Virus record (IMG/VR): IMGVR_UViG_3300044946_000048
Coordinates: 1 to 64,000 of that record
Reading direction: 5' to 3' (one strand)
DNA length: 64,000 nt
From: a virus
Shown: positions 10,275-20,167 of the stretch, piece by piece
Position numbering within the stretch: position 1 is the first letter of the stretch
Layout: each line of letters opens with the position of its first letter
The notes under the pieces: generated by a model
Databases searched by the model: none
Told to the model about the DNA's origin: nothing
What the model saw: the letters and a program-made list of their open reading frames with translations, nothing else
Translations under genes and position numbers: made by a program

Positions 10275-12162
10275 CTACTGGATAGCCGGGACCGAGTCGA
10301 TGTAACGAATACGCTGAGTATTCGCACCACGAGCCGGAGGAAGTGTTACTGTTTGATGGCCAAATGTTACTCGTTCTTTCGAACGGGATCGGTCATTTCT
10401 GCCGATCTCTTACAGTTTCGTTTCCTGTAAGAGCAGACTATCGCATCGCCCCGTAGGGCGTTCTCTCGCTTAGTCGTTCACGGTGCCTTTCGGCTTCCGC
10501 CTTGTTTCCATTTCAGGGTTCAAGTCAATCAGAGAGAATTTTCTAACACTAGATTACGCTAGTGCGAGTCCACGGTTGCTGTCGCAACCCTTAAACTTAT
10601 ATGAGCACCATCCGCCGATTGTTCCCGTCGGATCATATGAAGATTCTGGGGCCTTGTCTACGACCTTGCAATCTATAGTTCTCCAATTACCGTCTCCTAG
10701 TTCCGTATCACCTGCAACGCCTAGCCATACGCCGATCATTGCGTAATTACCAAATACATAGGTACGATAAGCTGTCTTACCGCTTCCCTGGTAATTCGTT
10801 GTGGTCGTCACGAATGGTGTCTGACGGAAGGTGATGTTTGTGCCAGGAAGTTCGATATCCATGGTTTGGTCACTGCCAGCCATCTTGTCGAACTTGTCCA
10901 TCATTGCGTACTTCCACAAGTCAACGATTGAGTTGTTCACTGTCGTTGAGTTATAGATGTCACCCAATGTGTTCGGGCTAACTGCGCCGTAGAACCTGCC
11001 CCTCTTGCAAGGTAGCACGTTCTTGCTTACCAACTGTTGCTTCAACTCACGAACTGTTGCCAAATCGAGAGTGTAAGGTGAAGTTAGCAAGCTGCTCTGG
11101 TTAACCTGAGAGTCAACGCTTGACAAACCTGCGCTGTCGGCAACGGCTGAATATAGTTCAGAGATGCTCTGACCAGCCTGGTATCCTAGTTCAACTCCAC
11201 TGTTTCCGCTCAAGTCGTCGATGGCTGACGCCAAAACGAATGAACTGAAGTTCGTGTAGTTGTTCCCAAAATGTGTTTAGGTATCCTGTATCACCACAGG
11301 AACGCTCTCGTAGTCGCCTACGAGTTCAGACTCTCTCTTCACGCCTTGCGACGTGCCTGACATATTAGTCGTTACGGATGCGGGCTTGTTGAGGGACTTC
11401 ATTAGAAGATGCAGCTTCATACGCTCTTCAGGGGCTACCCGAGGTAGTCTAATATAACGTAATGCCGTCTTCGCTTGTTCCTTCTTAATTACGAGATAGG
11501 GAAGAACCGCTAAAATCAAGAGTTCTTGATTTTCTCTTCTCTCCATTTTCCACTGATAACAAACCTTCTTTGCGAAAGTGTTGCTACGTTGGGATAACGG
11601 TCGGTAAGACTGACCGAAATTGGATACCAGCCACTTCATCAGTTTCACTGAAGTGTTGGAAACTCCTATCTGTAAATCGAACGCGGGATATGGATTATTA
11701 TTCCTATCGTATATCATAGTCCGGCTAATGGAAAAGTATCCTTCTCCATCTAGCATAGCGGCTAGATAAGCTAATTTCGATTTATCTTTTGTAATCATTT
11801 CAAGCTTGCCTTTCCTCGGTATTGTCTGTTATTATACAGAGTTTCACCGATATAGTCAAGTTTAATGTGAGCAGAATTGTTTACTCACCAATCTGAGCAG
11901 GAGCACTCAACTGACCTACGAATTCAGGTGCGCCGATCACGCCGTCTGCTGACTGCGTTGTGTCTCCGGTCAATGTGTCGTATTGGAAGAACTGACGGTT
12001 GATACCGCTGTTCATAGCCTGTGTACGACGTTCTGCGCATTCCACGAATGCGTCAGTCTGACCCTTAAGGTTCGGAATCAATTCCTTATCGAAAATGATT
12101 GCCTGAGCCGTAAGGATATTTCCTACGTTTGCTGCTGAGGGATTGCTCCCGCCGCCTGCCAT
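10275..12162 (-). CDS. Major capsid protein (N4-gp56-like/HK97 fold), three exons: 12162-11883, 11266-10594, 10359-10275 (345 aa spliced)
   Basis: Follows the scaffold gene; removing both introns restores ...AQIGE-W-NNYTNFS... and ...GWCSYK-F-HQTVTLPP...RIRYIDSVPAIQ*. Confidence 0.88.
10360..10593 (-). ncRNA. Group I intron (ORF-less, 234 nt) in the capsid gene
   Basis: 5' splice after U with P1 AGUU/GACU; P3 TTCTCTC/GAGAGAA; P7 GACTA/TAGTC; terminal G; reading frame restored on splicing. Confidence 0.88.
11267..11882 (-). mobile_element. Group I intron (616 nt) with LAGLIDADG endonuclease in the capsid gene
   Basis: P1 GUGAGU/GCUCAC with U.G at the splice site; P/Q ATATCGGTGAAA/AATACCGAGG; R GTAACGACTA; S AAGAGAGAGTC; terminal G. 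Confidence 0.9.
11277..11798 (-). CDS. Intron-encoded single-motif LAGLIDADG homing endonuclease
   Basis: LAYLAAMLDGEGYF motif and ILPYLVIKKEQA-type C-terminus. Confidence 0.9.
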   Translation of the reverse strand: MITKDKSKLAYLAAMLDGEGYFSISRTMIYDRNNNPYPAFDLQIGVSNTSVKLMKWLVSNFGQSYRPLSQRSNTFAKKVCYQWKMERRENQELLILAVLPYLVIKKEQAKTALRYIRLPRVAPEERMKLHLLMKSLNKPASVTTNMSGTSQGVKRESELVGDYESVPVVIQDT

Positions 12163-12205
12163 AGTAGTTTACCTCTAGCGTGAGCCTCTAGAAAAGCTTC
12201 TAGGG

Positions 12206-13345
12206 TTATGACTTGCCAAACTTGCGGGAGTTATAATCAGCAATCGCTCTTTCAATTTGCGGACGAGTAGATGGATTTGCCATCTTTTCCCGCAACGTCT
12301 TGCCGTCCCACTTGTTTATCTCAGCCATCGTGATCGTTAGCGGCTCGCTCTGTGTTCCCGGACGAGAACCTGAGTTCTGTCCAGGGACAATGCCGCCATT
12401 GACCCCCGGTCTCGGAGTTTCTGGAACCGGATTAACCGGAACCACAACTTGTGCCGGAACAGTTGGCACAACCGTCGCTACAGGCTGTGCTGCTGCTGGT
12501 GGTACTACTACTGGTGTTGGCTCCGGATTAACCGTAGGTGCAACAGCCACGACTGGTCCCTCCACCGGGGCCAGTTCTGTGTCCTTCAAAACCAAAAACG
12601 CTCTCTCCAAATTGTCGAGAGTCCAATCCAATTGATTGGCCTTAAAATAGTCCGTGAAAGCAATCTGATTAGCTTGACACGGTTTGTAGTCTTTTGCATG
12701 CCTCTGTAAGAACTGATACGATACCAATTCTTCCTTGGCCTTCTGTTCTGCTATAGCCGCCTTACGACGGTCTTCCTGTAGCAACGCTGTCTGAGCAGCA
12801 AACGCCTTTGCCGGATCGGTGTTCTTTGAATCCTCGATAGCCGCTGCTATCTGAGCATCTGTCAAAGGAGCAATCTGAGCCGCTGCGTTCTGCTGTGGCG
12901 TCTTGTACGTAATCTTTTGGTTCTTGATTCGATGGAACGCACGGGTTGCCTGAGTGTGCGCCTCGATCATCTTCTCTCGAAGCTTCTCTTCGGACTCGGC
13001 TTCCAAGTGAGTAGGTCGGCCCAGAGGCTTACCATCTTCATCTGTGATCTGATAGTCCGCAACATATCGCTTCGGAACAACCGGAACCACGGGTGCTACG
13101 ACGGCTGGCACGACTGGTGTTTCCACAACAGGTGCAGGTGCTGGCGCAACCACTGCTGGCTGCGGAACTAGCTGTTGTGATACGTGTGCCGCTGCATCCA
13201 CCTCAGCCCGGGTTCTGCCTTGCAAGAGAGCTATCACAGCCTCACGCATACCGGGTTGAGTCATCTGCTGTCGCATCTCTAAGCCTTTCCAGGCTGCGAT
13301 ATCTGCGAGTGTTAAGTTCTCAGGTGTTACTATTCTGTCTGTCAT
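12206..13345 (-). CDS. Capsid scaffolding protein
   Basis: A/P/V-rich, helical, immediately upstream of the capsid gene. Confidence 0.6.
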   Translation of the reverse strand: MTDRIVTPENLTLADIAAWKGLEMRQQMTQPGMREAVIALLQGRTRAEVDAAAHVSQQLVPQPAVVAPAPAPVVETPVVPAVVAPVVPVVPKRYVADYQITDEDGKPLGRPTHLEAESEEKLREKMIEAHTQATRAFHRIKNQKITYKTPQQNAAAQIAPLTDAQIAAAIEDSKNTDPAKAFAAQTALLQEDRRKAAIAEQKAKEELVSYQFLQRHAKDYKPCQANQIAFTDYFKANQLDWTLDNLERAFLVLKDTELAPVEGPVVAVAPTVNPEPTPVVVPPAAAQPVATVVPTVPAQVVVPVNPVPETPRPGVNGGIVPGQNSGSRPGTQSEPLTITMAEINKWDGKTLREKMANPSTRPQIERAIADYNSRKFGKS

Positions 13346-13662
13346 TATCTATTGCCCTTCGGAGCGTTAAGCCCCACACTATTCTGTACCTGTTCTTGCT
13401 TACCTGTCTCGATTTGCCAGGTAATAGAATTCAGGATCAGTGTACGAAATTCATTGAAATCCCGAGCCCGAGTGTGAAGAAATTTAATCTTGCGATCATA
13501 TCCTTCATCACCCGGATTCAGGTTGATAGCTTCTGCGGTAGCCCGTTTACAAGCGGCTTCCATGATCTCAACCAAAACTGCGTAGCCCGGCTGAGATGCC
13601 AAAGCTGCAAGTGAAATTTTCTCGATCTGTTGCAACTCATCACTAAGTAGTGGTACGGCCAT
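13345..13662 (-). CDS. Hypothetical protein between portal and scaffold
   Basis: AAAGGA RBS before ATG 13662; position conserved in P22/N4-like head modules. Confidence 0.6.
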   Translation of the reverse strand: MAVPLLSDELQQIEKISLAALASQPGYAVLVEIMEAACKRATAEAINLNPGDEGYDRKIKFLHTRARDFNEFRTLILNSITWQIETGKQEQVQNSVGLNAPKGNR

Positions 13663-13675
13663 TGTATTCCTTTCT

Positions 13676-15787
13676 TTAAAGCGTCGTGGTGCTACCAAAG
13701 CCTACGTTGCCTGGTTCTCCACTGATTTCGCTGTCCATAGCATGCTCGGTTGCTGAACGGAGAACTTCCGCTCCAGCCTTTCCAAGCTGCTTCTGGTCTT
13801 CCAAAGTCTGATCCTGTAAGAACTTCTGTTGCTGCTGTTGCTGCTGCGCCTTCAACTGGCTCGCCTGCATTGCTGCTGGTGAATTTGCATCATAACGTTG
13901 CTGCTGTTCCGGTGTCATCTTCACCAAAAAGTCCTGACTGAATTTCCATCCAGCGGCATCTGTAAAGGCTTTGAAAATAGCAACAGCGTCAAATGTCCAA
14001 TGAGCATCGTTCACGCTCTTAACGAACGTGGGATTGTTGAGCAATTGGATTATTATAGGCAGCGCCTGGGCCATTTCTTTCTTAGCACCAAGCTTTGCTC
14101 CTGCTAGAACTTCATACTCGTACTTAGCCTTACGGAAGTCGATATGATCGACCATGTAGTCCGCTCCAACTTCCTCGCCTAGAACACGACGAAGAACTGA
14201 TGTTGGAAGCAGTCTGTTATTCAACTCATCCATCGTATACAACCAAGGCTCGTAAACCTGACGAACGAATCTCATCGTCGGTCCATCTAGTCTTGATGCA
14301 TTTGCCTGGATAACCGCTGCGGCTCCCGTGCCCGAACGCATACCAGTGCCGCGACTACTACTAGTCGTAGCTCCCTGCATGACTTGTTCGTTTGCACCAG
14401 AAGATGATGCAGCGTCTGACTTCGCCTGCTGTATGAACTGCCAGGCTTCGGCTGGCACCGGAGGCATCTGCAAGAATGCAAATGCTGCTCGAACGTCATC
14501 ATCTACGTCGATGATGCCGCCCTGCTTCCAACGTGTCTGTTGCGTTGGAACGTTCATGCCCTTCTTGCGAACGGCTGTAGGCTGTAATCCATAAGCGAGC
14601 AACCCGAGTGCAAGGTTCGTTACGCCTTGCTCAACGATTTGTTCACTTCCGATTAATAGCCCAAGGCCCTGTCCGTAAAACGTGTCCGGAAGATTTCTCC
14701 AGTTTGCACTGAAGAACGGCTTCTTTCTATACGGGTTCGCTTCGTTGCGAATAAGAATGTTCTTGGCGTTGAACGTAAGAACCACGATAACCTTCTCGTT
14801 GTCCCAACGCTCCAACAATTCCATGTTGGCCTGCAAAGGATCAGCAGACGTTTTGAAGTTCCTCGGGAGAGCGTGCTGTAAATAGCCACGCATTCCTTCC
14901 GGAATCGTCATGGTAATGTTGTCCGGTCCTGTCTGAGGATCGGTTAAGAAAAATTGCTTTAGTACATTCTCTGGTGGAATGTCATAGCCAGGAATATCAC
15001 GTAGACGGTTCAAGTCTTCATAGGTGACATAGTCACGATAGATAACCCATTTAGCCTCTCGGATATCTCCGACGCGGCATCCCGGGTCAACTAGAACTGT
15101 ACGAATGTCGCAGGCTTTAATCCAAGGATGAGAAATAAGAACATCATCCATGTAGATTTCATAGTCATCTGAATCCACCGTATCAATCAGGGGAGTCTTA
15201 ACGGTCAGATTCAAATCTACTGGCTCAGCCTTGCGACGAAAATTTTCAACGTGATCGGTATATTGAAGATAGCCCCACTTGAATATCGTGGTGCCGAACA
15301 GAGCCATCTGATCCAGTCCGCGCTCTGTATTCTCTTCGAACTTCATGTCCCACAACTGCGCTGAGAACAACGCAGTCTTAGCACGAGTTACCGCTGGCTT
15401 TGTACCCGGCCTCGGTCGAAGCAAGAATGGCGGGTCTTCATAGAAGAGCCCTTCAAGCATCTTCGGAACGATGGTCGCAATGTGATTCGATAGCGTATAC
15501 TTCGGAACGCCGGAGGATGCTCCTACTCCGCCGTCAAAGATTCCGCTCGTCATCGGACTCTGCAACAATGTGTCCGCTGTCGTCCACCATGAAGCCCACT
15601 GATTGATGTTGGCGTAGTTATCCGCCATTGACGCATCATCCAATACCAGCTTCAGAGCAGCCTTATCGCTGTACTTGTAAACACCCGTCTTCGGATCACG
15701 TGTGATATCCTCGGACGTTATCTCGCCTACAGGAGTCACGGCCAATGCTTCGAGTGCTGCGGCAGCCTGCTTGTCTAGTGGTTCCAT
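13676..15787 (-). CDS. Portal protein
   Basis: 703 aa after TerL; FGTTIFKWGY, VLVDP, NPYRKKPF...FYGQG, GMRSGTGA motifs and Q-rich C-terminus typical of P22-like portals. Confidence 0.85.
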   Translation of the reverse strand: MEPLDKQAAAALEALAVTPVGEITSEDITRDPKTGVYKYSDKAALKLVLDDASMADNYANINQWASWWTTADTLLQSPMTSGIFDGGVGASSGVPKYTLSNHIATIVPKMLEGLFYEDPPFLLRPRPGTKPAVTRAKTALFSAQLWDMKFEENTERGLDQMALFGTTIFKWGYLQYTDHVENFRRKAEPVDLNLTVKTPLIDTVDSDDYEIYMDDVLISHPWIKACDIRTVLVDPGCRVGDIREAKWVIYRDYVTYEDLNRLRDIPGYDIPPENVLKQFFLTDPQTGPDNITMTIPEGMRGYLQHALPRNFKTSADPLQANMELLERWDNEKVIVVLTFNAKNILIRNEANPYRKKPFFSANWRNLPDTFYGQGLGLLIGSEQIVEQGVTNLALGLLAYGLQPTAVRKKGMNVPTQQTRWKQGGIIDVDDDVRAAFAFLQMPPVPAEAWQFIQQAKSDAASSSGANEQVMQGATTSSSRGTGMRSGTGAAAVIQANASRLDGPTMRFVRQVYEPWLYTMDELNNRLLPTSVLRRVLGEEVGADYMVDHIDFRKAKYEYEVLAGAKLGAKKEMAQALPIIIQLLNNPTFVKSVNDAHWTFDAVAIFKAFTDAAGWKFSQDFLVKMTPEQQQRYDANSPAAMQASQLKAQQQQQQQKFLQDQTLEDQKQLGKAGAEVLRSATEHAMDSEISGEPGNVGFGSTTTL

Positions 15788-18097
15788 TTATTTATTCTTC
15801 CACATGTTGAATTTCTTCAATAGCCCGTCAAGCGGCCCTTCCTCGATAACTTCCTCTTCCTGCTTACCCCAATAACGCGGACTGTATCTTTCTTCCATCG
15901 GCATTCCAAAGGTTCTTTGGTAATTACCTGCTAGAACAGAACGAACCTTCTGTTCATGGGATATTTCCATTTCTCGAAGACGAGCCTCTTCTGCTTCCTT
16001 TATTTCCCGAGGTGTCATCTTGAATGTGCGGCACGGAACATATCGGCACAAGTAAGATAGGGCGTCTGGGATATCATCCTTCCTTCCCATGTTCCCCTTA
16101 ACTCCGGTAAATCGGACAAACTGAGTTATTGCCTCGTCGTTCCAGGAATGATTCCTATCCTCCGAGAAGAACAATTGTTTATTCAACAACAGAAGATACA
16201 AACCACGAATGCGATTCTTCTTTGCATCTGGTTCATTAGAAGGTGTCTCTAGGTAAAAGTTAAGTATGTGTCTTCCGTTTGTTCTCATTGAAATCATCTG
16301 GATATCATCGAACATTCGTTCGAGACCGCCAGTGTTTTCCATGATGGTGCAGTACGGACGCCACAAGGTGTCCATTTCGACTACCTTTTCTGCCGTCTGT
16401 CTTTGAGTCAGCTTCTCACAAATTACGTCCATAACGATGAGGGCTTTCGTCCCCTCGTTATCAATTTCGATTACCTTCCCGACTACTCCGACGGTGTAAT
16501 CTGAATTCCTGTTCGCCGTCTTTGCCGTGTCCCAGGCTGCAACCATGTAGCCCGGCTTATCAAACGCCTCGGCGTAATTGATGATAGCCGCACGAAGCTT
16601 GTCTGCGTCGAATCCCCAACCTGCTTTATCCAACGCAGGCTGATTAAGCTGCTGACAACGAAATACATCCTCTCCACCATCTTCGTCGTCGCTAAAGATA
16701 ATTGCTTGACACTTAGAGAAAGGAAAATACTCAGGAAAAAGCATAGTAACCATGTCTTCGGTTACTCGCTTCAAATCCTCTTTCTCTATGTCCTTATACT
16801 CCGGCTTAATCTCCCAAGTACCTTTGGTGAAAAACTTGAGATTAAACTTCTCTGGATTTCTAGTGTGCGCTGCAAGAGTTCTTCCGTAGTAATCATCTAC
16901 GAAATATCTAGTACCTATAAAATCTATCCAGCCCCAGGTATGCGGAATATTCTTCGCTATTCCGATATCCTTAAATAGCGCTGTACGAGTCGCATCCGTA
17001 TTACAATTCGTATTGCTAACAACGTCATCACACTTGAATATGTCGCAGTGACGACCGGAACCCGTAGACGCAATCGCTAGCGCGGCCACGCTCGGATAAA
17101 TCGAACTGTGGCGACGCTGATGATGAAACAATGGAGAACTAGACAGTCCATCATCTTCATTCCTGATAACGTACTCGGGAAATAGAAGATGAAACGGCTC
17201 CGCTACTTCTGCATCAACAGGTAAATAGAAATACTTCTTGACTCCCATCATGAAGTCTATGGCGTGGCTTTCCTTCGCCGTCATAATCAGGATGGAGACA
17301 TCCGGGCAGTTCAACAACCACTGCACGCAGTCAGACATATTAGTTATAGACTTAAAGAAGAATCTAGGGAACAATAAAATCATTTCCCTAGCTTTATTCT
17401 CTGGTTTTATAACCTCGTCCAGAATTGGAAGATACAATCTACGCTTTGCACTCCAATATCTCGGGACACGATCTTGGCTATTTATCGCAGCCTGGTAATC
17501 TTCTTTGGCATAGCCTTCAAAGTATACGTGGTCAAAATCTTTCTGCACGAACAAATCACAAATCTGTTTATGCACCGAGTGTTTGAAGAGATTATTCTTC
17601 AGTACGTGCTTGGTAAGAAAGAATAAATCCTTACGCGCCTGGTCACGGGCTCGAAGCCAATCGTGAAAGTCTAGGTATCCCTCGTCATGGAAGTTGGCAT
17701 GGTGCTCGAACTTTCCCTCTTCGAAGTTACCTATTGTCTTGCTCAATAGCCGACGTGCCTTGTAAGGCTTTAGGCGAAGGGGTTCTTTTTTCTTTTCAGT
17801 CTTCCCTTTCTTTTCCTTCTTATCGCCTTTTGTTTGTGGCTCGTCTTCGTCTTTCTTCTTGGCGTCTTCGGGTCTTTCTGCCTTAATGATCTCTTCGGTT
17901 ATGCCACTGTATCCGTAGAAATAATCGAAGTACAATCTAAAAAGGTCAACATAGGACAAGACTTCAGACTTGTATCTGTAGCCGTGATGAATCTTGTCTG
18001 CTCGCTTACATACTCTATACCAACGTTGAATTATGTCTTTCGATGAGCGATATGTAACGAAACTATTGTCCTTCTTCGCTTGTCCTTCTAATGGCAT
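15788..18097 (-). CDS. terL: Terminase large subunit with long N-terminal extension
   Basis: ILLFPRFFFKS (Walker A variant), GRHCDIFKCDD (Walker B), IGTRY, AWDTA...SDYT, KDDIPDALSY nuclease motif. Confidence 0.85.
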   Translation of the reverse strand: MPLEGQAKKDNSFVTYRSSKDIIQRWYRVCKRADKIHHGYRYKSEVLSYVDLFRLYFDYFYGYSGITEEIIKAERPEDAKKKDEDEPQTKGDKKEKKGKTEKKKEPLRLKPYKARRLLSKTIGNFEEGKFEHHANFHDEGYLDFHDWLRARDQARKDLFFLTKHVLKNNLFKHSVHKQICDLFVQKDFDHVYFEGYAKEDYQAAINSQDRVPRYWSAKRRLYLPILDEVIKPENKAREMILLFPRFFFKSITNMSDCVQWLLNCPDVSILIMTAKESHAIDFMMGVKKYFYLPVDAEVAEPFHLLFPEYVIRNEDDGLSSSPLFHHQRRHSSIYPSVAALAIASTGSGRHCDIFKCDDVVSNTNCNTDATRTALFKDIGIAKNIPHTWGWIDFIGTRYFVDDYYGRTLAAHTRNPEKFNLKFFTKGTWEIKPEYKDIEKEDLKRVTEDMVTMLFPEYFPFSKCQAIIFSDDEDGGEDVFRCQQLNQPALDKAGWGFDADKLRAAIINYAEAFDKPGYMVAAWDTAKTANRNSDYTVGVVGKVIEIDNEGTKALIVMDVICEKLTQRQTAEKVVEMDTLWRPYCTIMENTGGLERMFDDIQMISMRTNGRHILNFYLETPSNEPDAKKNRIRGLYLLLLNKQLFFSEDRNHSWNDEAITQFVRFTGVKGNMGRKDDIPDALSYLCRYVPCRTFKMTPREIKEAEEARLREMEISHEQKVRSVLAGNYQRTFGMPMEERYSPRYWGKQEEEVIEEGPLDGLLKKFNMWKNK

Positions 18098-18129
18098 TAT
18101 TGTTCACCCTTCGCAGGGCGATTGACGCC

Positions 18130-18399
18130 CTATTGATCGCTCAAGCCTGCGGCCTTCGCGTTGTCGATCTTACTCTTGATTGAAGTTGCTTCCTCGGTCG
18201 GCACTGGACTTCCGGTCGTTCCGACTCCGCCTGTCTTCATGACTGGAGCGCCGTGCGATAATCCTCCGCCTCGCGCCTGGTGCGCTTGCGTGTACGACGG
18301 TTGCGCTGAAGCATGACCTGGACCTGACCAATCCGTAGCCTTTTTCAAGGCTGCCTTGGCGTTCTCTAGCATTCCTGGTACTGGACTTCCTGCTGACAT
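18130..18399 (-). CDS. Small hypothetical protein
   Basis: AGGAG RBS; colinear with the operon. Confidence 0.55.
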   Translation of the reverse strand: MSAGSPVPGMLENAKAALKKATDWSGPGHASAQPSYTQAHQARGGGLSHGAPVMKTGGVGTTGSPVPTEEATSIKSKIDNAKAAGLSDQ

Positions 18400-18408
18400 A
18401 ATAGTCTC

Positions 18409-18684
18409 CTACTTCTGTACCGTAATGTCGTTATTGATTACGGTTTGCTGTACTGGCATATTGCGAGTGTGATAGTCGTCCAACCCTTCGTGAGCGACTA
18501 GAATACCAGTTATAGCGGTAATCGCCGCTGCAAAATCTGCGGTCAAATGACCTGTAAAAGCTAATGCAATTGTTGACGCACCAAAAACAATTGCCCAAAA
18601 TTCACTCAACCCACCTGTAAATTCATAAATAGGTCTAAGCGAACTATTGTGAAGAACCGAATTGACTTTGTCTTTCCAACTCAT
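18409..18684 (-). CDS. Holin-like small membrane protein
   Basis: Two hydrophobic helices in 91 aa. Confidence 0.4.
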   Translation of the reverse strand: MSWKDKVNSVLHNSSLRPIYEFTGGLSEFWAIVFGASTIALAFTGHLTADFAAAITAITGILVAHEGLDDYHTRNMPVQQTVINNDITVQK

Positions 18685-19201
18685 ACTTCCTCAAATATTC
18701 TCGTACATCCGTTTCTATTCCTGGGAAACTTTCCAAATACCCAATAATCACATTACAGGTGTGATGAACGAGGCTTCTCAAATTTCCTGTTTTGTGGTCG
18801 TGATCCCAACAAGCCGCACCAACTTTCTCAGGGAGTGGCTTATGGCAAACATCGCACAATCCTTCCTGCTTTAAATACTGTTCCTGTTTAGCTTGCTGCA
18901 TTGCCGGAACATATGTCGCCGGAGCACCGTTCTTACGACGATAAGTCGCAACAGTGTTGTCTCCGCGTTTTCCTTTGCGGCGAGCCGAAACGTTCCTTGC
19001 TTCGCAAACTTTGCAAGCTATCTGTCGCCCGTATCTTAGACTTCTTCTAAGATTATTACCTGAGCGTTCTTCTTGGTTGCCACATTCGCATTGACAAATC
19101 CAATGATAGTCACGCCCTGCGCCGTTGTTTCCGACTCTCTCACCTAATTTGAGAACCCGCAGTTTCCCGAACCTTCTGCCTACCAAATCCTCGCATCTCA
19201 T
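18644..19201 (-). CDS. Endonuclease VII-type homing endonuclease
   Basis: DLVGRRFGKL...WICQCECG DNA-binding N-terminus; QEGLCDVC...DHDHKTGNLRSLVHHTCN. Confidence 0.85.
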   Translation of the reverse strand: MRCEDLVGRRFGKLRVLKLGERVGNNGAGRDYHWICQCECGNQEERSGNNLRRSLRYGRQIACKVCEARNVSARRKGKRGDNTVATYRRKNGAPATYVPAMQQAKQEQYLKQEGLCDVCHKPLPEKVGAACWDHDHKTGNLRSLVHHTCNVIIGYLESFPGIETDVREYLRKYELERQSQFGSSQ

Positions 19202-19204
19202 GTT

Positions 19205-19279
19205 ATTCTCCTTAACAGAATCGACAAGGGGCGTGGTTAAGGCACGCCCTCAAGTCTGCGCTTCGGTAGCTAACCGAAG
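19205..19279 (-). promoter_or_regulatory. Twin-hairpin kissing-loop element (copy 2)
   Basis: GGGCGTG-CCTTAAC-CACGCCC then ATTCT-GTTAAGG-AGAAT, directly before ATG 19201. Confidence 0.75.
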
Positions 19280-19283
19280 AATC

Positions 19284-19476
19284 TTAATGCTTGAAACCCT
19301 TCATCGTAGCAGCGAAGTTCGCCATATGCTGGATGTGAGAGTTACCTGAATTCTTTGCGTGCTCCAACTTCTCAGCCGGAATCGGTTTATCTTCGGAAAC
19401 ACCTAGAGCACGATGCAAACCACCTTTCCTAAAGGTGGTGGAGGGCGCGATATAAAGATACATTATGCTTCGCCAT
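19284..19476 (-). pseudogene. Small basic phage protein interrupted by a +1 frameshift
   Basis: AAGGAG RBS and ATG 19476 give MAKHNVSLYRALHHL then CTT TAG; the +1 frame continues RKGGLHRALGVSEDKPIPAEKL. Confidence 0.55.
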
Positions 19477-20077
19477 GTCCACTTCTCCTTGATAAATAAA
19501 TTTTGTTCAACCACAAATCAAATTCTTCTATAGTCATATCTAGGCGACTTTGGTTACAGCGACGATGCGCTGGCAACACGTTATCCACGGTATTACTTCC
19601 GCCTCGTGCCATAGGCACAACATGATCCAAGCTCAATCTCCAAGGCGACCTCAAGTCTAACAACGTCTTCTCGCCACAAAGATGACAATTAAAATCACAA
19701 CGTTCGACAACCGATTTCCATTCTTCTACAGTTAAAGTAGAAACAACGCCTAACTCCGCTGCTCTAAGACGAGCTTTTACTACCGCAATAGAAAAAGGAT
19801 TAGAAGATTCTCGCCAACGACGATTTTCTTCCCGCGCCTTCTCAGGGTTCTTAGCTCTTCGTGCTCTAGTCGCCGCGTTAACTTGTAATCTATTTTCTTC
19901 CCGACGAGCCCACGGATTAATCTTCTCAAGCCAAAGATGTCCTCTTTTCGCACGACACTCATTGCTGGCTTTTCGAGTGCAATCCTTGCAACGATATTGC
20001 AATCCATCTGACGCAGTTTGATTCTTTTGAAAAGAATCTAACGGCAGTTCTCGCTTACAGTGACAACAAATCTTCAT
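19463..20077 (-). CDS. HNH homing endonuclease
   Basis: KICCHC...CKDC; CHLC...LDHVVPMARGGSNTVDNVLPAHRRCN. Confidence 0.88.
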   Translation of the reverse strand: MKICCHCKRELPLDSFQKNQTASDGLQYRCKDCTRKASNECRAKRGHLWLEKINPWARREENRLQVNAATRARRAKNPEKAREENRRWRESSNPFSIAVVKARLRAAELGVVSTLTVEEWKSVVERCDFNCHLCGEKTLLDLRSPWRLSLDHVVPMARGGSNTVDNVLPAHRRCNQSRLDMTIEEFDLWLNKIYLSRRSGHGEA

Positions 20078-20081
20078 ATCA

Positions 20082-20155
20082 ATCTCCCTAAAAGATGCGG
20101 TCTAGGAGCGTATTTAGGGTACGCTCCCGACCTACGCCTCGGTAATGAGCCGAGG
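20082..20155 (-). promoter_or_regulatory. Twin-hairpin kissing-loop element (copy 3)
   Basis: GGAGCGTA-CCCTAAA-TACGCTCC then ATCT-TTTAGGG-AGAT, before ATG 20077. Confidence 0.75.
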
Positions 20156-20167
20156 AATATTTAAATT

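Noticed and set aside
10554-11234. Stand-alone 226-aa protein, and 11881..12162 as a separate gene
   Set aside because: Both are exons of the intron-split capsid gene.
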